A stretch of 64,000 nt of DNA from an uncultured Bacilli bacterium (GCA_944363735.1 CALVVB010000001.1:3524-67523), one strand, 5' to 3'; counted from the stretch's first letter, positions 37,466 to 48,221 are shown. Notes: generated from the sequence alone by a model not told the origin. Program-made: numbers and translations.

Positions 37466-39204
37466 ATTTTTTAAATACTGTTGAAAAAGATATATTAAAT
37501 AAATTTAAGGAAAATAATATTCCACTTGATGAAGTAAAACTATTAACAAGTAGTAAAAAAGAATTAGGAGACTATCAAATAAATGATGCCATGAAACTTG
37601 CTAAAATCCTACATAAATCACCAAGAGAGATCGCAGAAGTACTAGTTAAATGTCTAGAAGAAACAGAATATTTTAAAGATATTAATATTGCAGGAGCAGG
37701 TTTTATTAATCTAAGATTTAAAGATGAGTTATTGAGAGAATTTGTGGAAAAAGTTTTTAAGAGTTCCACAAAAGATGTGGAAAAACTTGATAGTGATAGA
37801 ATCATCATTGACTACGGTGGTGCGAATATCGCTAAAACTCTTCATGTAGGACACCTAAGAAGTGCAAATATTGGTGAAGCTTTAAAAAGACTTGCAAAAC
37901 ATCTTGGTAGGGAAGTAATCTCTGATGTTCACTTTGGAGACATTGGTCGTCAATCTGGAATGGTAATATATGAGATAAAAGAAAGATATCCTAATCTTAA
38001 CTATTTTAGTGGAAAAGAAGAAACTACTTGGGATAAATTACCTATAACAGGAGAAGACTTAGAAGAAATTTATCCTACTGCAAGTATAAAAGCAAAAGAA
38101 AATGAAGAGATAATGGATGAAGTAAGAGAAATAACTGCCGAGTTAGAATCAAGTAAAAACAAAGGATATGTTGCCCTTTGGGATAAGATAAAAGAGATAT
38201 CTACAAAAGATATAAAAAGTATATATAAAGAATTAAATACAGACTTTGATTTGTGGGAAGGAGAAAGTGATGCTTTTCCTTATATAAAAGAAACTATTGA
38301 TACAATGGAAAAATCTGGTTATTTAATAGAAAGTGAAGGAGCGAAAATAGTTGAAGTAATAGAAGATGATGATAAAGCACCTATGCCACCACTTGTAGTT
38401 ATTAAAAGTAATGGAGCAACTCTTTATGCCACAAGGGAACTTGCAACCATCACATCTCGTATGAAAAGATTTAATCCTAAAGAAATATGGTATATAGTAG
38501 ATATGCGTCAAGGATTATACTTTGAACAAGTATTTAGAGCATCATATAAAACAGGACTTGTCTCTAAAGATACAGTTTTAGAGTATTATGGCTTTGGAAC
38601 GATGAATGGAACTGATGGTAAACCATTTAAAACAAGAGATGGTAATGCTGCAACTCTAAAAAGCCTAATTCAAAGTGTCAAAGAAGAAATACTTACTCAT
38701 ATGAATAAAGATATGGATAATAAAGAAGAAATATCTGAAAAAATCGCTATCGCTGCGATTAAATATGCTGACTTTTTACCTAATAGAACAACGGATTATA
38801 TCTTTGAGCCTAGTAAATTTATTGATGTAGAAGGAAAAACAGGACCATATATTTTATATAATACTATTAGAATGAAATCTATTTTAAAGAAAGCAGAGGA
38901 ACAAAGTATAAACTATAGTAACTACTATAATAAACCAACAGATACAGAAAAAGAAATAATCCTTTTATTAATGGAGAAGAATAATATTTTACATAAAGCT
39001 TATAATAATAAAGATTTAAGTTCTATAGCAGATTATCTTTATAACTTGACAAGTTTATTCAGTAGATTTTATGAGGCAAATCACATCTTAACTGAAAGTG
39101 ATGAAAAAGTAAGAGAAAGTTGGCTTACATTAACAAAACTAGTTAAAGAAACTAACGAAGAACTACTAAATATTCTTGCCATTGAAGTGCCAGAAAAAAT
39201 GTAA
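37462..39204 (+). CDS. argS: Arginine--tRNA ligase
   Basis: HIGH motif HVGHLRS, 580 aa, class I ArgRS architecture. Confidence 0.9.
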   Translation: MNFLNTVEKDILNKFKENNIPLDEVKLLTSSKKELGDYQINDAMKLAKILHKSPREIAEVLVKCLEETEYFKDINIAGAGFINLRFKDELLREFVEKVFKSSTKDVEKLDSDRIIIDYGGANIAKTLHVGHLRSANIGEALKRLAKHLGREVISDVHFGDIGRQSGMVIYEIKERYPNLNYFSGKEETTWDKLPITGEDLEEIYPTASIKAKENEEIMDEVREITAELESSKNKGYVALWDKIKEISTKDIKSIYKELNTDFDLWEGESDAFPYIKETIDTMEKSGYLIESEGAKIVEVIEDDDKAPMPPLVVIKSNGATLYATRELATITSRMKRFNPKEIWYIVDMRQGLYFEQVFRASYKTGLVSKDTVLEYYGFGTMNGTDGKPFKTRDGNAATLKSLIQSVKEEILTHMNKDMDNKEEISEKIAIAAIKYADFLPNRTTDYIFEPSKFIDVEGKTGPYILYNTIRMKSILKKAEEQSINYSNYYNKPTDTEKEIILLLMEKNNILHKAYNNKDLSSIADYLYNLTSLFSRFYEANHILTESDEKVRESWLTLTKLVKETNEELLNILAIEVPEKM

Positions 39205-39332
39205 AAAAATACAAATGTATAAAAAAGTATTGCCTTTTAAAAAAAAACATGCTATAACTTTATCTGATTTAATACACAAATAAAAAATTATTACATATAA
39301 TGTCTTAGCTGTAAGCTATAGGAGGAATTTTT

Positions 39333-39779
39333 ATGAAGTTAGCTAAAATGAAAAAAGAAGATTTGGAATTATTATCGCATAAGGATATAACATATTATAT
39401 ATTAGAAGAAGAAGGAAAAATGAATACTGCTGACCTTTTTAAAAGAGTAGTAACATTGCTAGAGCTTCCTAATAAAACTTATGAAGAAAAAATAGGTGAC
39501 TATTATACACTTCTTACAACTGATAAAAGATTCATTCTTCTAGAAGATGGTAACTGGGACTTAAGAAGTCGTCATACATCTGATAAAATAGTTAAAGTAA
39601 CAGAAGATGAAGACGAAGAAGAGGAAGAAGAAATTAAAGAAGATACAATCTTACCAGATGAATCTGAAGAAGATAATTATGATTCTGGTGATACAGATGA
39701 AGATGATGACTATGATGATGCAAATGAAGATTTAAAAGATTTAGTCGTAGTCGATGAAGATGAATTAGAAGAGAACTAA
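39333..39779 (+). CDS. rpoE: RNA polymerase delta subunit
   Basis: N-terminal HARE-HTH-like domain (..DLFKRV..YYTLLTTDKRFILLEDGNWDLR) plus a long D/E tail. Confidence 0.85.
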   Translation: MKLAKMKKEDLELLSHKDITYYILEEEGKMNTADLFKRVVTLLELPNKTYEEKIGDYYTLLTTDKRFILLEDGNWDLRSRHTSDKIVKVTEDEDEEEEEEIKEDTILPDESEEDNYDSGDTDEDDDYDDANEDLKDLVVVDEDELEEN

Positions 39780-39803
39780 AGCTAAAAAAGTTTAGTTCTT
39801 TTT
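39772..39803 (+). terminator. Rho-independent terminator after rpoE
   Basis: AGAACTAAA-(10 nt)-TTTAGTTCT followed by TTTT. TGTTATAAT lies just downstream as a likely promoter for the ABC operon. Confidence 0.7.
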
Positions 39804-39850
39804 CTTTTTCTGTTATAATAGATACAATAGAGTATAGGAGTGTTGCAGTT

Positions 39851-41548
39851 ATGAAGTATTTAAAAGAAGTGTATAATGATTTTAAAGTAGTACCATTTAA
39901 GAAATTTATGACCTTCCTTTTCTTTTTTACTTGTATTTTAGGTTATGTCATTATGGCTACATTTCCATATTTTGCAAGTCAAATAATAAAGTATGCAACA
40001 GTTGGGAACACACTAGCATACACTTACACCTTTTATCTTGCCATCGCCTACATTGTTTATGAAATTATTTGGTATTTTAATTACTATATCTATAGTTTTC
40101 TTCAAACTTATTATAGTGATACTATTCATAAAAAAATGTTTAATAAAATATGTACATCATCAAGAAAAATCTCTAAGACTCTAGATAATGGTAAAATGTT
40201 AAGTTTAGTAGGGGATGATATTCCAAGTTTTTGTTATCTCTTAGATTCTATAACTGTTTATATATCTACAATCTTTATGATTATCTTAACAGTAATTTTA
40301 ATATTTAAAGCCCACTTTATCTTTGCCCTTATCACAGTTATTTCCTTAGTAATCTATATTATTTTCATGTTAAAGAACATGGATAAGTTTTCTAAGTATT
40401 TAAAAGAACAAAAGAAACATAATGATACTATAAATTCTACTTATGTGGAAGAGTTAAATGCCTTAAAAGAAATAAAAACACTTCCTATAAAAGATAAACT
40501 TTATAAAAAGTTACAAACTAAATTAAATAGATATACTAAAGCTTATTTTAGAAAACGTAAATACTTTGCTAGAAACGAGAATACTAGCACACTTATACCA
40601 CAATACACAAAGTTTATTTTATATCTTGTTTTATTAATCTTTATGGTTAAATTTAATGCAACTATTGATTTAGTAATTTTAATCATTGGTTATTATGACC
40701 AATTAATAGAAAACCTAACAGAACTTGTAGGATCATATCGTGAAATAAAAGAATATCATGTTTCTGTAAAAAGAGTAAATGAAGCACTAACTTATGAAGA
40801 TGATTTGTCTAATCTCTTTGGTAAATACGAAAATGATGAAATATATGGTTCTATTGTATTAAAAAATGTAAGTTATAAATATAATTCTAAATATATTTTA
40901 GATAATGTTAATCTAGAAATAAAACCAAATACTCTAAATGTTATTATAGGACCATCAGGAAGTGGTAAAACAACTCTCTTTGATCTACTCTTAAGATTCT
41001 ATTCTGTAAAAGACGGAGAAATATACCTAGATGGTGTTAATATCTATGAATATAGTGATAATATTTATGCTTCTAATATAACTCTAGTTAAACAAAATCC
41101 TTTTATCTATAACATGAGTATTAGAGATAATCTTCGCCTTGTTAACAGTAATAAAAAAAGACAGGAAGAAGTAATTAAAGAAGTAGGATTACATGAACAT
41201 ATTATGAGTCTACCTAAAGGCTATAGTACAGTCTTAACAGGTAATGCTACTAACTTATCAGGAGGACAAAAACAACTTTTATCAATCGCTAGAAGTCTTT
41301 TAACAGATGCGGAAATACTTCTAATGGATGATATAACTGCATCCCTTGACCCTAAAACAACTAATGAGATTATAGAACTTTTAGTAAGACTAAAAGAAGA
41401 TCATACTATTTTAGTCATAACTAATAGAGAAGACTTAATTAATAAAGCAGATAAAATAATTTATTTAAATAAAGGTAAAGCGAAAAGTTATAAATCCTTA
41501 ACAGACCTAAAAGAAAAATTAGGCCCTGAAAGTGAGGTGATAATATGA
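39851..41548 (+). CDS. ABC exporter half-transporter (TMD-NBD), degenerate-ATPase subunit
   Basis: Walker A GPSGSGKTT, signature LSGGQ (41255-41269), Walker B ILLMDD (D in place of the catalytic E, 41327-41332), H-loop VITNR (N in place of H). Confidence 0.85.
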   Translation: MKYLKEVYNDFKVVPFKKFMTFLFFFTCILGYVIMATFPYFASQIIKYATVGNTLAYTYTFYLAIAYIVYEIIWYFNYYIYSFLQTYYSDTIHKKMFNKICTSSRKISKTLDNGKMLSLVGDDIPSFCYLLDSITVYISTIFMIILTVILIFKAHFIFALITVISLVIYIIFMLKNMDKFSKYLKEQKKHNDTINSTYVEELNALKEIKTLPIKDKLYKKLQTKLNRYTKAYFRKRKYFARNENTSTLIPQYTKFILYLVLLIFMVKFNATIDLVILIIGYYDQLIENLTELVGSYREIKEYHVSVKRVNEALTYEDDLSNLFGKYENDEIYGSIVLKNVSYKYNSKYILDNVNLEIKPNTLNVIIGPSGSGKTTLFDLLLRFYSVKDGEIYLDGVNIYEYSDNIYASNITLVKQNPFIYNMSIRDNLRLVNSNKKRQEEVIKEVGLHEHIMSLPKGYSTVLTGNATNLSGGQKQLLSIARSLLTDAEILLMDDITASLDPKTTNEIIELLVRLKEDHTILVITNREDLINKADKIIYLNKGKAKSYKSLTDLKEKLGPESEVII

Positions 41549-43275
41549 GATTAATGATAGATACCTATAAAAAATATTGGTCTTGTATTAAACCACATAA
41601 AGGTTATTACACTATGATTTTTGTCTCTAAAGCTTTAGCAGTCATTGCAAGTATCCTCTTACCATTTACCGCTTCAGGTATTGTTAAGTATCTAACACTA
41701 GGAGACTATCAAGAAGCCTTAAAATGGATATTTTACTTCTTTGCCGCTGCCACTGCCAAAGTAATATTTTACTATTGGAATTATAAAGGTGGGGCCTTAG
41801 ATTCAAATTATTGTTATACAGGACTTAAGAAGAAAGTATTTAATAAGCTCACAACCTACGACCTAGAGTTTTCTAAACATAAAGATATAGATGAAGTACT
41901 ACAAGGATCATCTAGTGATATCTGGAAAGTTGTAGGTATTAATGATAATTTAAGTGATATCATTATAGGCTTTATCAGAATAATAGTAATTGTAATATTA
42001 ACAGCATTAACCTCACCATTAGTAGGTTTAGTAGTATTCTTATTCTCTAGTCTTTATGTCATATTTATGATGGTATTCAATGAGAAAATAGTAAAATATT
42101 TAAATAAGCAAAGAAAATATCAAGATAAAATCGCTGGTGTATTTCTAGAAGAATTATCATCATTAGAAGAGATGAAAGTCTATGATATGAAAGATAAATA
42201 TTATAATTATTTTAATACTATCAACAAAAAGTTCTGCCATAATTATAGATTAAAAAGAAGATATAATGATATTCAAATAAACTTTTTACAACTAATATTA
42301 GATTTAGGAGAAGTAAGTATTTATGCAGTTACCTTATTCTTACTATTTCAAAATGCTTATACTGTTGATAAGATAGTTTTAGTAATAGGTTACTTTACTA
42401 TGATGAATCAAGAATTAAAATATGTCTTACAAACCTGTGTAAAAAATGTTATAGATTGTAGAGTATCTGTGGAAAGAATTTATTCACTTTTAAATTATCG
42501 TCCTAAAAATAGTAAAATAACAAATACAGTTAATGAAGATGATATTAAAGGAATATTAGAATTTAGTCATGTTTATTCTTCATACCAAGATAAACAAGTC
42601 TTAAAAGATGTAACCTTTAAAGTAAAACCTAATGAATTAACGGCTATAGTAGGACGTAGTGGTAGTGGAAAAAGTACTATTTTAAATATTATCCTTAGAT
42701 TAATAAAACCTGATAGTGGTAATGTCTTAATAGATAAAGAAGATATATATAATTATACTAATGATGTTTATAAGACCAATGTCAGTGTTGTAACACAAAA
42801 AAGTATACTCTTTAATATGAGTATAAGAGATAACCTATCTTTAGTAGATTCTAAATTTAAAAGAATACAAGACGTATGCATGAGACTAGGAATACATGAT
42901 GAAATACTAAGTCTACCTAAAGGTTATAATACAGTAATAGAAGAAAACAGTTCTAATATTTCTACAAGATTAAAACAACTTCTATCTATTGCAAGAAGCA
43001 TCTTAACTAACGCAGAGATACTTTTATTTGATGAAGTTACCTCATCATTAGATACCTCTAACACTAAAAAGGTTGTTAAAGTCTTTAAAGAGTTATCAAA
43101 AGACCATACTGTCATAATTATTACTCATAAAAAAGAAGTAATGAATAAAGCAGATCACTTAATTATTATTGATAAAGGAAGAAAAGTTGCCGATGGTACA
43201 CCTAAGTCTTTAGAAAATAATAAGTACTATTTAAATTTAAGAGACAGCAGTAGTGTAAGTAATAATAATTTATAA
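41545..43275 (+). CDS. ABC exporter half-transporter (TMD-NBD), catalytically canonical subunit with a degenerate signature
   Basis: Walker A GRSGSGKST, Walker B ILLFDE, H-loop IITHK, but signature ISTRLKQ (42961-42978) in place of LSGGQ. Overlaps the upstream gene by 4 nt. Confidence 0.85.
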   Translation: MRLMIDTYKKYWSCIKPHKGYYTMIFVSKALAVIASILLPFTASGIVKYLTLGDYQEALKWIFYFFAAATAKVIFYYWNYKGGALDSNYCYTGLKKKVFNKLTTYDLEFSKHKDIDEVLQGSSSDIWKVVGINDNLSDIIIGFIRIIVIVILTALTSPLVGLVVFLFSSLYVIFMMVFNEKIVKYLNKQRKYQDKIAGVFLEELSSLEEMKVYDMKDKYYNYFNTINKKFCHNYRLKRRYNDIQINFLQLILDLGEVSIYAVTLFLLFQNAYTVDKIVLVIGYFTMMNQELKYVLQTCVKNVIDCRVSVERIYSLLNYRPKNSKITNTVNEDDIKGILEFSHVYSSYQDKQVLKDVTFKVKPNELTAIVGRSGSGKSTILNIILRLIKPDSGNVLIDKEDIYNYTNDVYKTNVSVVTQKSILFNMSIRDNLSLVDSKFKRIQDVCMRLGIHDEILSLPKGYNTVIEENSSNISTRLKQLLSIARSILTNAEILLFDEVTSSLDTSNTKKVVKVFKELSKDHTVIIITHKKEVMNKADHLIIIDKGRKVADGTPKSLENNKYYLNLRDSSSVSNNNL

Positions 43276-43285
43276 GGAGTATAAC

Positions 43286-44485
43286 ATGAAAGATTTACTT
43301 AAGAATAAAAACTTGAAATATATATTTATAATGATTATTTTCTTTAGTATTTCCTTCGGATTATGGAATAACTTTAGACTTCTTTGGTTAGAAGAGAATA
43401 ATCTAAATCCAAGTGAGATAAGTAGAGTAATGAGCCTTGCTACTTTCTTTGGAGCGATATCTATAATATTTATATCTCTAAAAATAAGTATGACTAATAT
43501 AAAGAAATTGGTAAGCACAACTCTCATAATAAGGATAATATCTTACCTAATTCTTTTTATAGGCTATCAGCATTTATCAACAAGATTGATAGCAATACTA
43601 TTTATCTTTGATATCGCTAGTTATACAGTAGGATACTTGGCAATATATCCCTTAATTACAAGAGTTATTAAAGATGATAAAGTCTATAGCTATAAACAAC
43701 TAGCAACATATATATGTCAAGATTTAGGAGTTTTAATAGGAGGGCTTCTATTAGGAATTACTATTGGAAATTATATCTTTGATTATAATAGCTTTCTTTT
43801 AATAACTCTAATATGTTTAATAATAGCATTATTCTCTCTAAGTAAAGTGAAACTAACTGATAAAGTAAAGTATAATGATATAAAAGTTAAAAATTATTTA
43901 AAAGCTTTTAAAAAAGATAAAATCTCTAACTTCTATTTATTATATATCTTTATCTCTGATATTTCTTATAATTGTGCTTTAGGTATGCAGATGTTAATAT
44001 TAACTAATATTTTAGACATTTCTTCAAAAAGCGCTACATTCTATTTTCTATTAATGGGAATAATAGCAGATATCTTTGGTATTCTAGCTTTAAAGAAATT
44101 AACACCTAAAAATGACTATCTAACTATTTTACTTAAGTTTGGTCCAAGAATGTTAGGGTATTCTTTAGTTTTTATCTTCCCAACAAAAGAGATGACTTTA
44201 ATCGCTATAACCATATCTTTATTTTTAACAACTGCTTATGAGAATAAAACAGATGCTATATACTTAAATAGAATAGATACAAAATATCAGTTGTTGTTTT
44301 CTAATATCAGAAAACTAGTAGGCAGTTTAGGAAATGCCATAGGATTATATTTAACAGGTATATTATTTGTCTTTGGTCCTAAGTATATCTTTGGTGTAGC
44401 AGCTCTAATAGGATATTTCCAAATTGCCCTTGCTCTATATCTAGTATACCTTAAAAAAAGGTATAAAAAAATTGTACTAAATTAA
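43286..44485 (+). CDS. MFS-type transporter
   Basis: 399 aa with about 12 predicted TM segments, lying 10 nt after the ABC pair. Confidence 0.6.
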   Translation: MKDLLKNKNLKYIFIMIIFFSISFGLWNNFRLLWLEENNLNPSEISRVMSLATFFGAISIIFISLKISMTNIKKLVSTTLIIRIISYLILFIGYQHLSTRLIAILFIFDIASYTVGYLAIYPLITRVIKDDKVYSYKQLATYICQDLGVLIGGLLLGITIGNYIFDYNSFLLITLICLIIALFSLSKVKLTDKVKYNDIKVKNYLKAFKKDKISNFYLLYIFISDISYNCALGMQMLILTNILDISSKSATFYFLLMGIIADIFGILALKKLTPKNDYLTILLKFGPRMLGYSLVFIFPTKEMTLIAITISLFLTTAYENKTDAIYLNRIDTKYQLLFSNIRKLVGSLGNAIGLYLTGILFVFGPKYIFGVAALIGYFQIALALYLVYLKKRYKKIVLN

Positions 44486-44597
44486 ATAATATGGTAATAT
44501 TTAAGCATAAATACAAAGAAAAAGTATATATATCTATTTTAAATTTATAAGTAAAAATAAAGTTCATATCAGATAAAAAAATCGAGGAGAGAAAAGA

Positions 44598-45053
44598 ATG
44601 AGAAAAGCTTTTGATGTCTATATACCTAAATGGCTTTATAAACTAACGATTATTACTATCTTAACTTTTAGTATAATTCCAATAATATTCTGCTTAGTAG
44701 AAGGATTTAACTTAATCTGCATTATTACATTTGCCATATTATTCATTATCCCATTTCTTATTGCGGCAATTTGGTGTTATCGTTTCAGAGTTATAGTTCG
44801 AAAAGACACTATAACGGTTAAACCTGCTTTTAGAAAAAAGTATAGTTTCAACGTTAGTGAAATAACAAAAGTAATCCGAACAGTTGTTATGACTAGAGGC
44901 GCTGGTATAAATACAAAAATAAAAGTATGCACAAAGTATAAACATGTAACTGTTGAGCTACTAATGATTGGAAGCGATAAATTTTATAGATATATTGAAG
45001 AAAATGTAAGTCCTGAAAAAATAATAACAAAAGTATATAAAAGAGCTAAATAA
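44598..45053 (+). CDS. Hypothetical 2-TM membrane protein with a possible PH-like C-domain
   Basis: 151 aa with RBS GAGGAGAG. The motif FNVSEITKVI is shared with the 23102 protein. Confidence 0.5.
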   Translation: MRKAFDVYIPKWLYKLTIITILTFSIIPIIFCLVEGFNLICIITFAILFIIPFLIAAIWCYRFRVIVRKDTITVKPAFRKKYSFNVSEITKVIRTVVMTRGAGINTKIKVCTKYKHVTVELLMIGSDKFYRYIEENVSPEKIITKVYKRAK

Positions 45054-45137
45054 ATATAAAATGGAAAAAAAAACAAAGATTGTATTTAGAGATAAGCTAT
45101 GCTATAATTACAAAGAAAAAAGAAAGGACTGGTTTTT

Positions 45138-46199
45138 ATGATAGAACGTCTTGAAGCTACAGAAAAGAAATATATGGACTTACAAAAAGAACTAATGAGT
45201 GAAGAAGTCCTAAAAGATATTAATAAAACAAGAGAATTATCAAAAGAAATGTCTGATTTGGAAGAAACAGTTAATGTATATCGTGAATATAAAAATGTTA
45301 TTGAAGCTATTCCTGAAACTAAAGAAATGTTAAAAGATGATGAATTAAAAGATATCGCTAAAGAAGAGTTAAAGGACTTGGAAGCGACGAAAGAAAAGTT
45401 AGAACAAGACTTAGAAATACTTTTAATACCAAAAGATCCTAATGATAATAAAAATGTTATTGTGGAAATAAGAGGAGCAGCTGGAGGAGATGAAGCTAAT
45501 ATCTTTGCAGGTGACCTTTATAGAATGTATTCTAAATATGCAGACAAAGTAGGATTTAAAACAGAGTTAATCAATGCTGAAGAAGGAACAGCAGGAGGCT
45601 TTAGTCAAGTAGAATTTATGGTTAAAGGAAGCGGTGCATATTCTAAACTTAAATATGAAAGTGGATCTCACAGAGTTCAAAGAATACCTGTAACAGAAAG
45701 TAATGGAAGAATTCAAACATCAACTGCAACAGTACTTGTAATGCCAGAGGCAGAAGATGTTAATATTGAAATAAATCCATCTGATCTTAGAATAGATATC
45801 TACAGATCATCAGGTTGTGGAGGACAAGGAGTTAATACAACTGATAGTGCTGTTCGTATCACTCACTTACCAACTAATACTGTTGTTACTTGTCAAAATG
45901 AAAGAAGTCAAATTCAAAACAAAGAACAAGCGATGAAAGTATTAAAAGCAAGACTTTATGAACAAGAGTTAAGAAGACAAGAAGAAGAACTAGGTGAATC
46001 ACGTCGTAATAAAATAGGTACAGGTGATAGAGCCGAAAAAATAAGAACTTACAACTATCCTCAAAATAGAGTAACAGACCATAGAATTGGTTTTACTACA
46101 AATAACTTAGATAGAGTTATGAATGGAGATTTAGAAGAGATAATAGATGCTTTAATTATGGAAGACCAAAGAAGAAAATTAGCAGGAGAAGAAGAATGA
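45138..46199 (+). CDS. prfA: Peptide chain release factor 1
   Basis: GGQ motif ([20 protein letters not shown]) and RF1 length. Confidence 0.93.
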   Translation: MIERLEATEKKYMDLQKELMSEEVLKDINKTRELSKEMSDLEETVNVYREYKNVIEAIPETKEMLKDDELKDIAKEELKDLEATKEKLEQDLEILLIPKDPNDNKNVIVEIRGAAGGDEANIFAGDLYRMYSKYADKVGFKTELINAEEGTAGGFSQVEFMVKGSGAYSKLKYESGSHRVQRIPVTESNGRIQTSTATVLVMPEAEDVNIEINPSDLRIDIYRSSGCGGQGVNTTDSAVRITHLPTNTVVTCQNERSQIQNKEQAMKVLKARLYEQELRRQEEELGESRRNKIGTGDRAEKIRTYNYPQNRVTDHRIGFTTNNLDRVMNGDLEEIIDALIMEDQRRKLAGEEE

Positions 46200-47023
46200 C
46201 AGTTGAAGAGTTAATTGTATATGGTAAAAAATATACAAGTAGTACTCATGCTAAAATGCTACTTGCTACTTTCCTTGAAGTTAACCCCCTAGAATTATTA
46301 ACTATACTAGATAAAGTAGTAGATGATAGTATCGTTAATCTTTATAAAGAGTCTTTAAAAGCCTTAAATGAAAACAGACCTATTCAATATGTAATAGGTC
46401 ATGTTAATTTCTATGGATTAAAGTTTAAAGTTAATGAAAATGTCCTAATACCACGTTTTGAAACAGAAGAGTTAGTTGAAAATATAAAAAATTATCTAGA
46501 GAAGAAAAATATAACTAATCCTAAAATATTAGATTTAGGTTGTGGTAGTGGTTCCATAGGCTTAACTTTAAAGTATTTTTTTGATAAAGCAGATGTAACC
46601 CTAACAGATATCAGTGAAGAAGCCCTAGAAGTAGCAAGAGATAATGCTAAAAGTCTAGATTTAGATGTTAACTTTATAAAAAGTGATTGGTTTAAAAATA
46701 TCCCTTTAGATAAGTATGATGTTATAGTATCAAATCCCCCATATATTAAAACTGATGAAGAAATAGAAGAGATAGTAAGAGACAATGAACCACATCTAGC
46801 CTTATATGGGGGATTAGATGGTCTAGACTGCTATAGAAGTATTTTAAAAGATATTAATAATTACCTAAAAGATGATTACTTAATAGCCTTTGAAATAGGC
46901 TATCTTGAAGGAGAAGAATTAAAGCTATTAGTAGAAAATACTATACCTAATAGTAAAGTAATTATAAAAAAAGATTTAAGTAATAAAGACAGAATGCTTT
47001 TTGTCGAAAAAAATATTGATTAA
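46196..47023 (+). CDS. prmC: Release factor glutamine methyltransferase PrmC (HemK)
   Basis: [11 protein letters not shown] and NPPY motifs. Overlaps prfA by 4 nt. Confidence 0.9.
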   Translation: MTVEELIVYGKKYTSSTHAKMLLATFLEVNPLELLTILDKVVDDSIVNLYKESLKALNENRPIQYVIGHVNFYGLKFKVNENVLIPRFETEELVENIKNYLEKKNITNPKILDLGCGSGSIGLTLKYFFDKADVTLTDISEEALEVARDNAKSLDLDVNFIKSDWFKNIPLDKYDVIVSNPPYIKTDEEIEEIVRDNEPHLALYGGLDGLDCYRSILKDINNYLKDDYLIAFEIGYLEGEELKLLVENTIPNSKVIIKKDLSNKDRMLFVEKNID

Positions 47024-47074
47024 AAAATTAAAATATCACTCATTAATTAAGTGTAGAAAGGGTGATATTTTTAT

Positions 47075-47602
47075 ATGAAAAAATATTTAATCTTAGCAAG
47101 TTTAATCTTAGTATTTATACCAAATTTAAATAAAGAAAGTGATGAAATAATTATTCCTGATGAAGCGATTAGGTTTAGAGTAGTAGCAGAATCAAACACT
47201 AAAGAAGACCAAGAAACTAAAACTATAGTAAAAGAAGCTTTAGAAAAAGATTTAGATACGCTTTTAAAGGATAGTACTTCAATTGAAGAGACAAGGTCTA
47301 TTTTAAAAGAAAATCAAAATCATTTTGAATCTCTAGTAGAAAGAACACTTTTAACAAATAAGATAAATACGGGCTATAAAGTTAATTTTGGAATTAATTA
47401 CTTCCCAGAAAAAAACTATAAAGGAGTTATCTATGAAGAAGGTTATTATGAATCTTTGGTTGTAACATTAGGAAGTGGTAATGGCGAAAACTGGTGGTGT
47501 GTTTTATTTCCTCCTCTATGTTTAATGGAAGGTGAAGAAACTAATACTGATGAAGTAGAGTACAAATCATTTGTTAAAGAAATGATAGATAAATACCTAT
47601 AA
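47075..47602 (+). CDS. spoIIR: Stage II sporulation protein R
   Basis: Signal anchor, IRFRVVAESNTKEDQ and NWWCVLFPPLCL motifs. Neighbourhood matches Bacillus. Confidence 0.75.
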   Translation: MKKYLILASLILVFIPNLNKESDEIIIPDEAIRFRVVAESNTKEDQETKTIVKEALEKDLDTLLKDSTSIEETRSILKENQNHFESLVERTLLTNKINTGYKVNFGINYFPEKNYKGVIYEEGYYESLVVTLGSGNGENWWCVLFPPLCLMEGEETNTDEVEYKSFVKEMIDKYL

Positions 47603-47635
47603 TAAATACTTACCTATCTGAATAAAATTTGATAG

Positions 47636-48181
47636 GTGATAACTTTGGATATTTTAGAGTTAATAATACTAGCGATAGGACTAAGTATGGATGCCTTTTC
47701 TTTATCTATAGTTTATGGTACTTTAAACCTATCTAATAAAATTAAAAACTTTTTAAGTATAACAGTAGGAATATTTCACTTCATAATGCCACTATTAGGA
47801 AGTATATTAGGACTATTTATTGTAAATCATATAATAAGTAATCCAGATATTTTAGTAGGAATAATCTTTACATTTTTAAGTATAGAAATGCTACTTAATA
47901 TAAAAGAATTAGACGAAGAGAAAAAAGATTTCAAGAGTTTAGCGAATGCTTTTCTATTTGGTTTTAGTGTTAGTATAGATAGTTTTTCAGTAGGAATAGC
48001 TTTAGGAACCCATAATGAAAATGTCTATTTAGCAGGAACAATTTTTGCCCTATCAAGCTTTATCTTTACCTTTTTAGGTCTTAATATAGGTAAATTATTA
48101 ACTTTAAAGTTCGGTAAAATTGCCAATATCATTGGAAGTATTTTACTTTTAATCCTAGCACTTACTTACTTTTTCGAATAA
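47636..48181 (+). CDS. mntP: MntP/DUF204-family putative manganese efflux protein
   Basis: LSMDAFSLS and SIDSFSVG duplicated motifs, six TM segments. The start (GTG 47636 or TTG 47645) is uncertain. Confidence 0.65.
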   Translation: MITLDILELIILAIGLSMDAFSLSIVYGTLNLSNKIKNFLSITVGIFHFIMPLLGSILGLFIVNHIISNPDILVGIIFTFLSIEMLLNIKELDEEKKDFKSLANAFLFGFSVSIDSFSVGIALGTHNENVYLAGTIFALSSFIFTFLGLNIGKLLTLKFGKIANIIGSILLLILALTYFFE

Positions 48182-48221
48182 AAAGTAAGTTTTTGTAAAA
48201 ACTATAATTGGGTGAAGTTTT

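Noticed and set aside
47024-47074. 9-bp stem hairpin AAATATCAC/GTGATATTT overlapping the spoIIR RBS, and a similar ACCTATC/GATAGGT hairpin at 47611-47637 overlapping the mntP start, considered as riboregulators (for example the yybP-ykoY Mn riboswitch).
   Set aside because: They are far too short to hold the yybP-ykoY fold and match no conserved riboswitch core. They are most simply weak terminators or translation-dampening hairpins.
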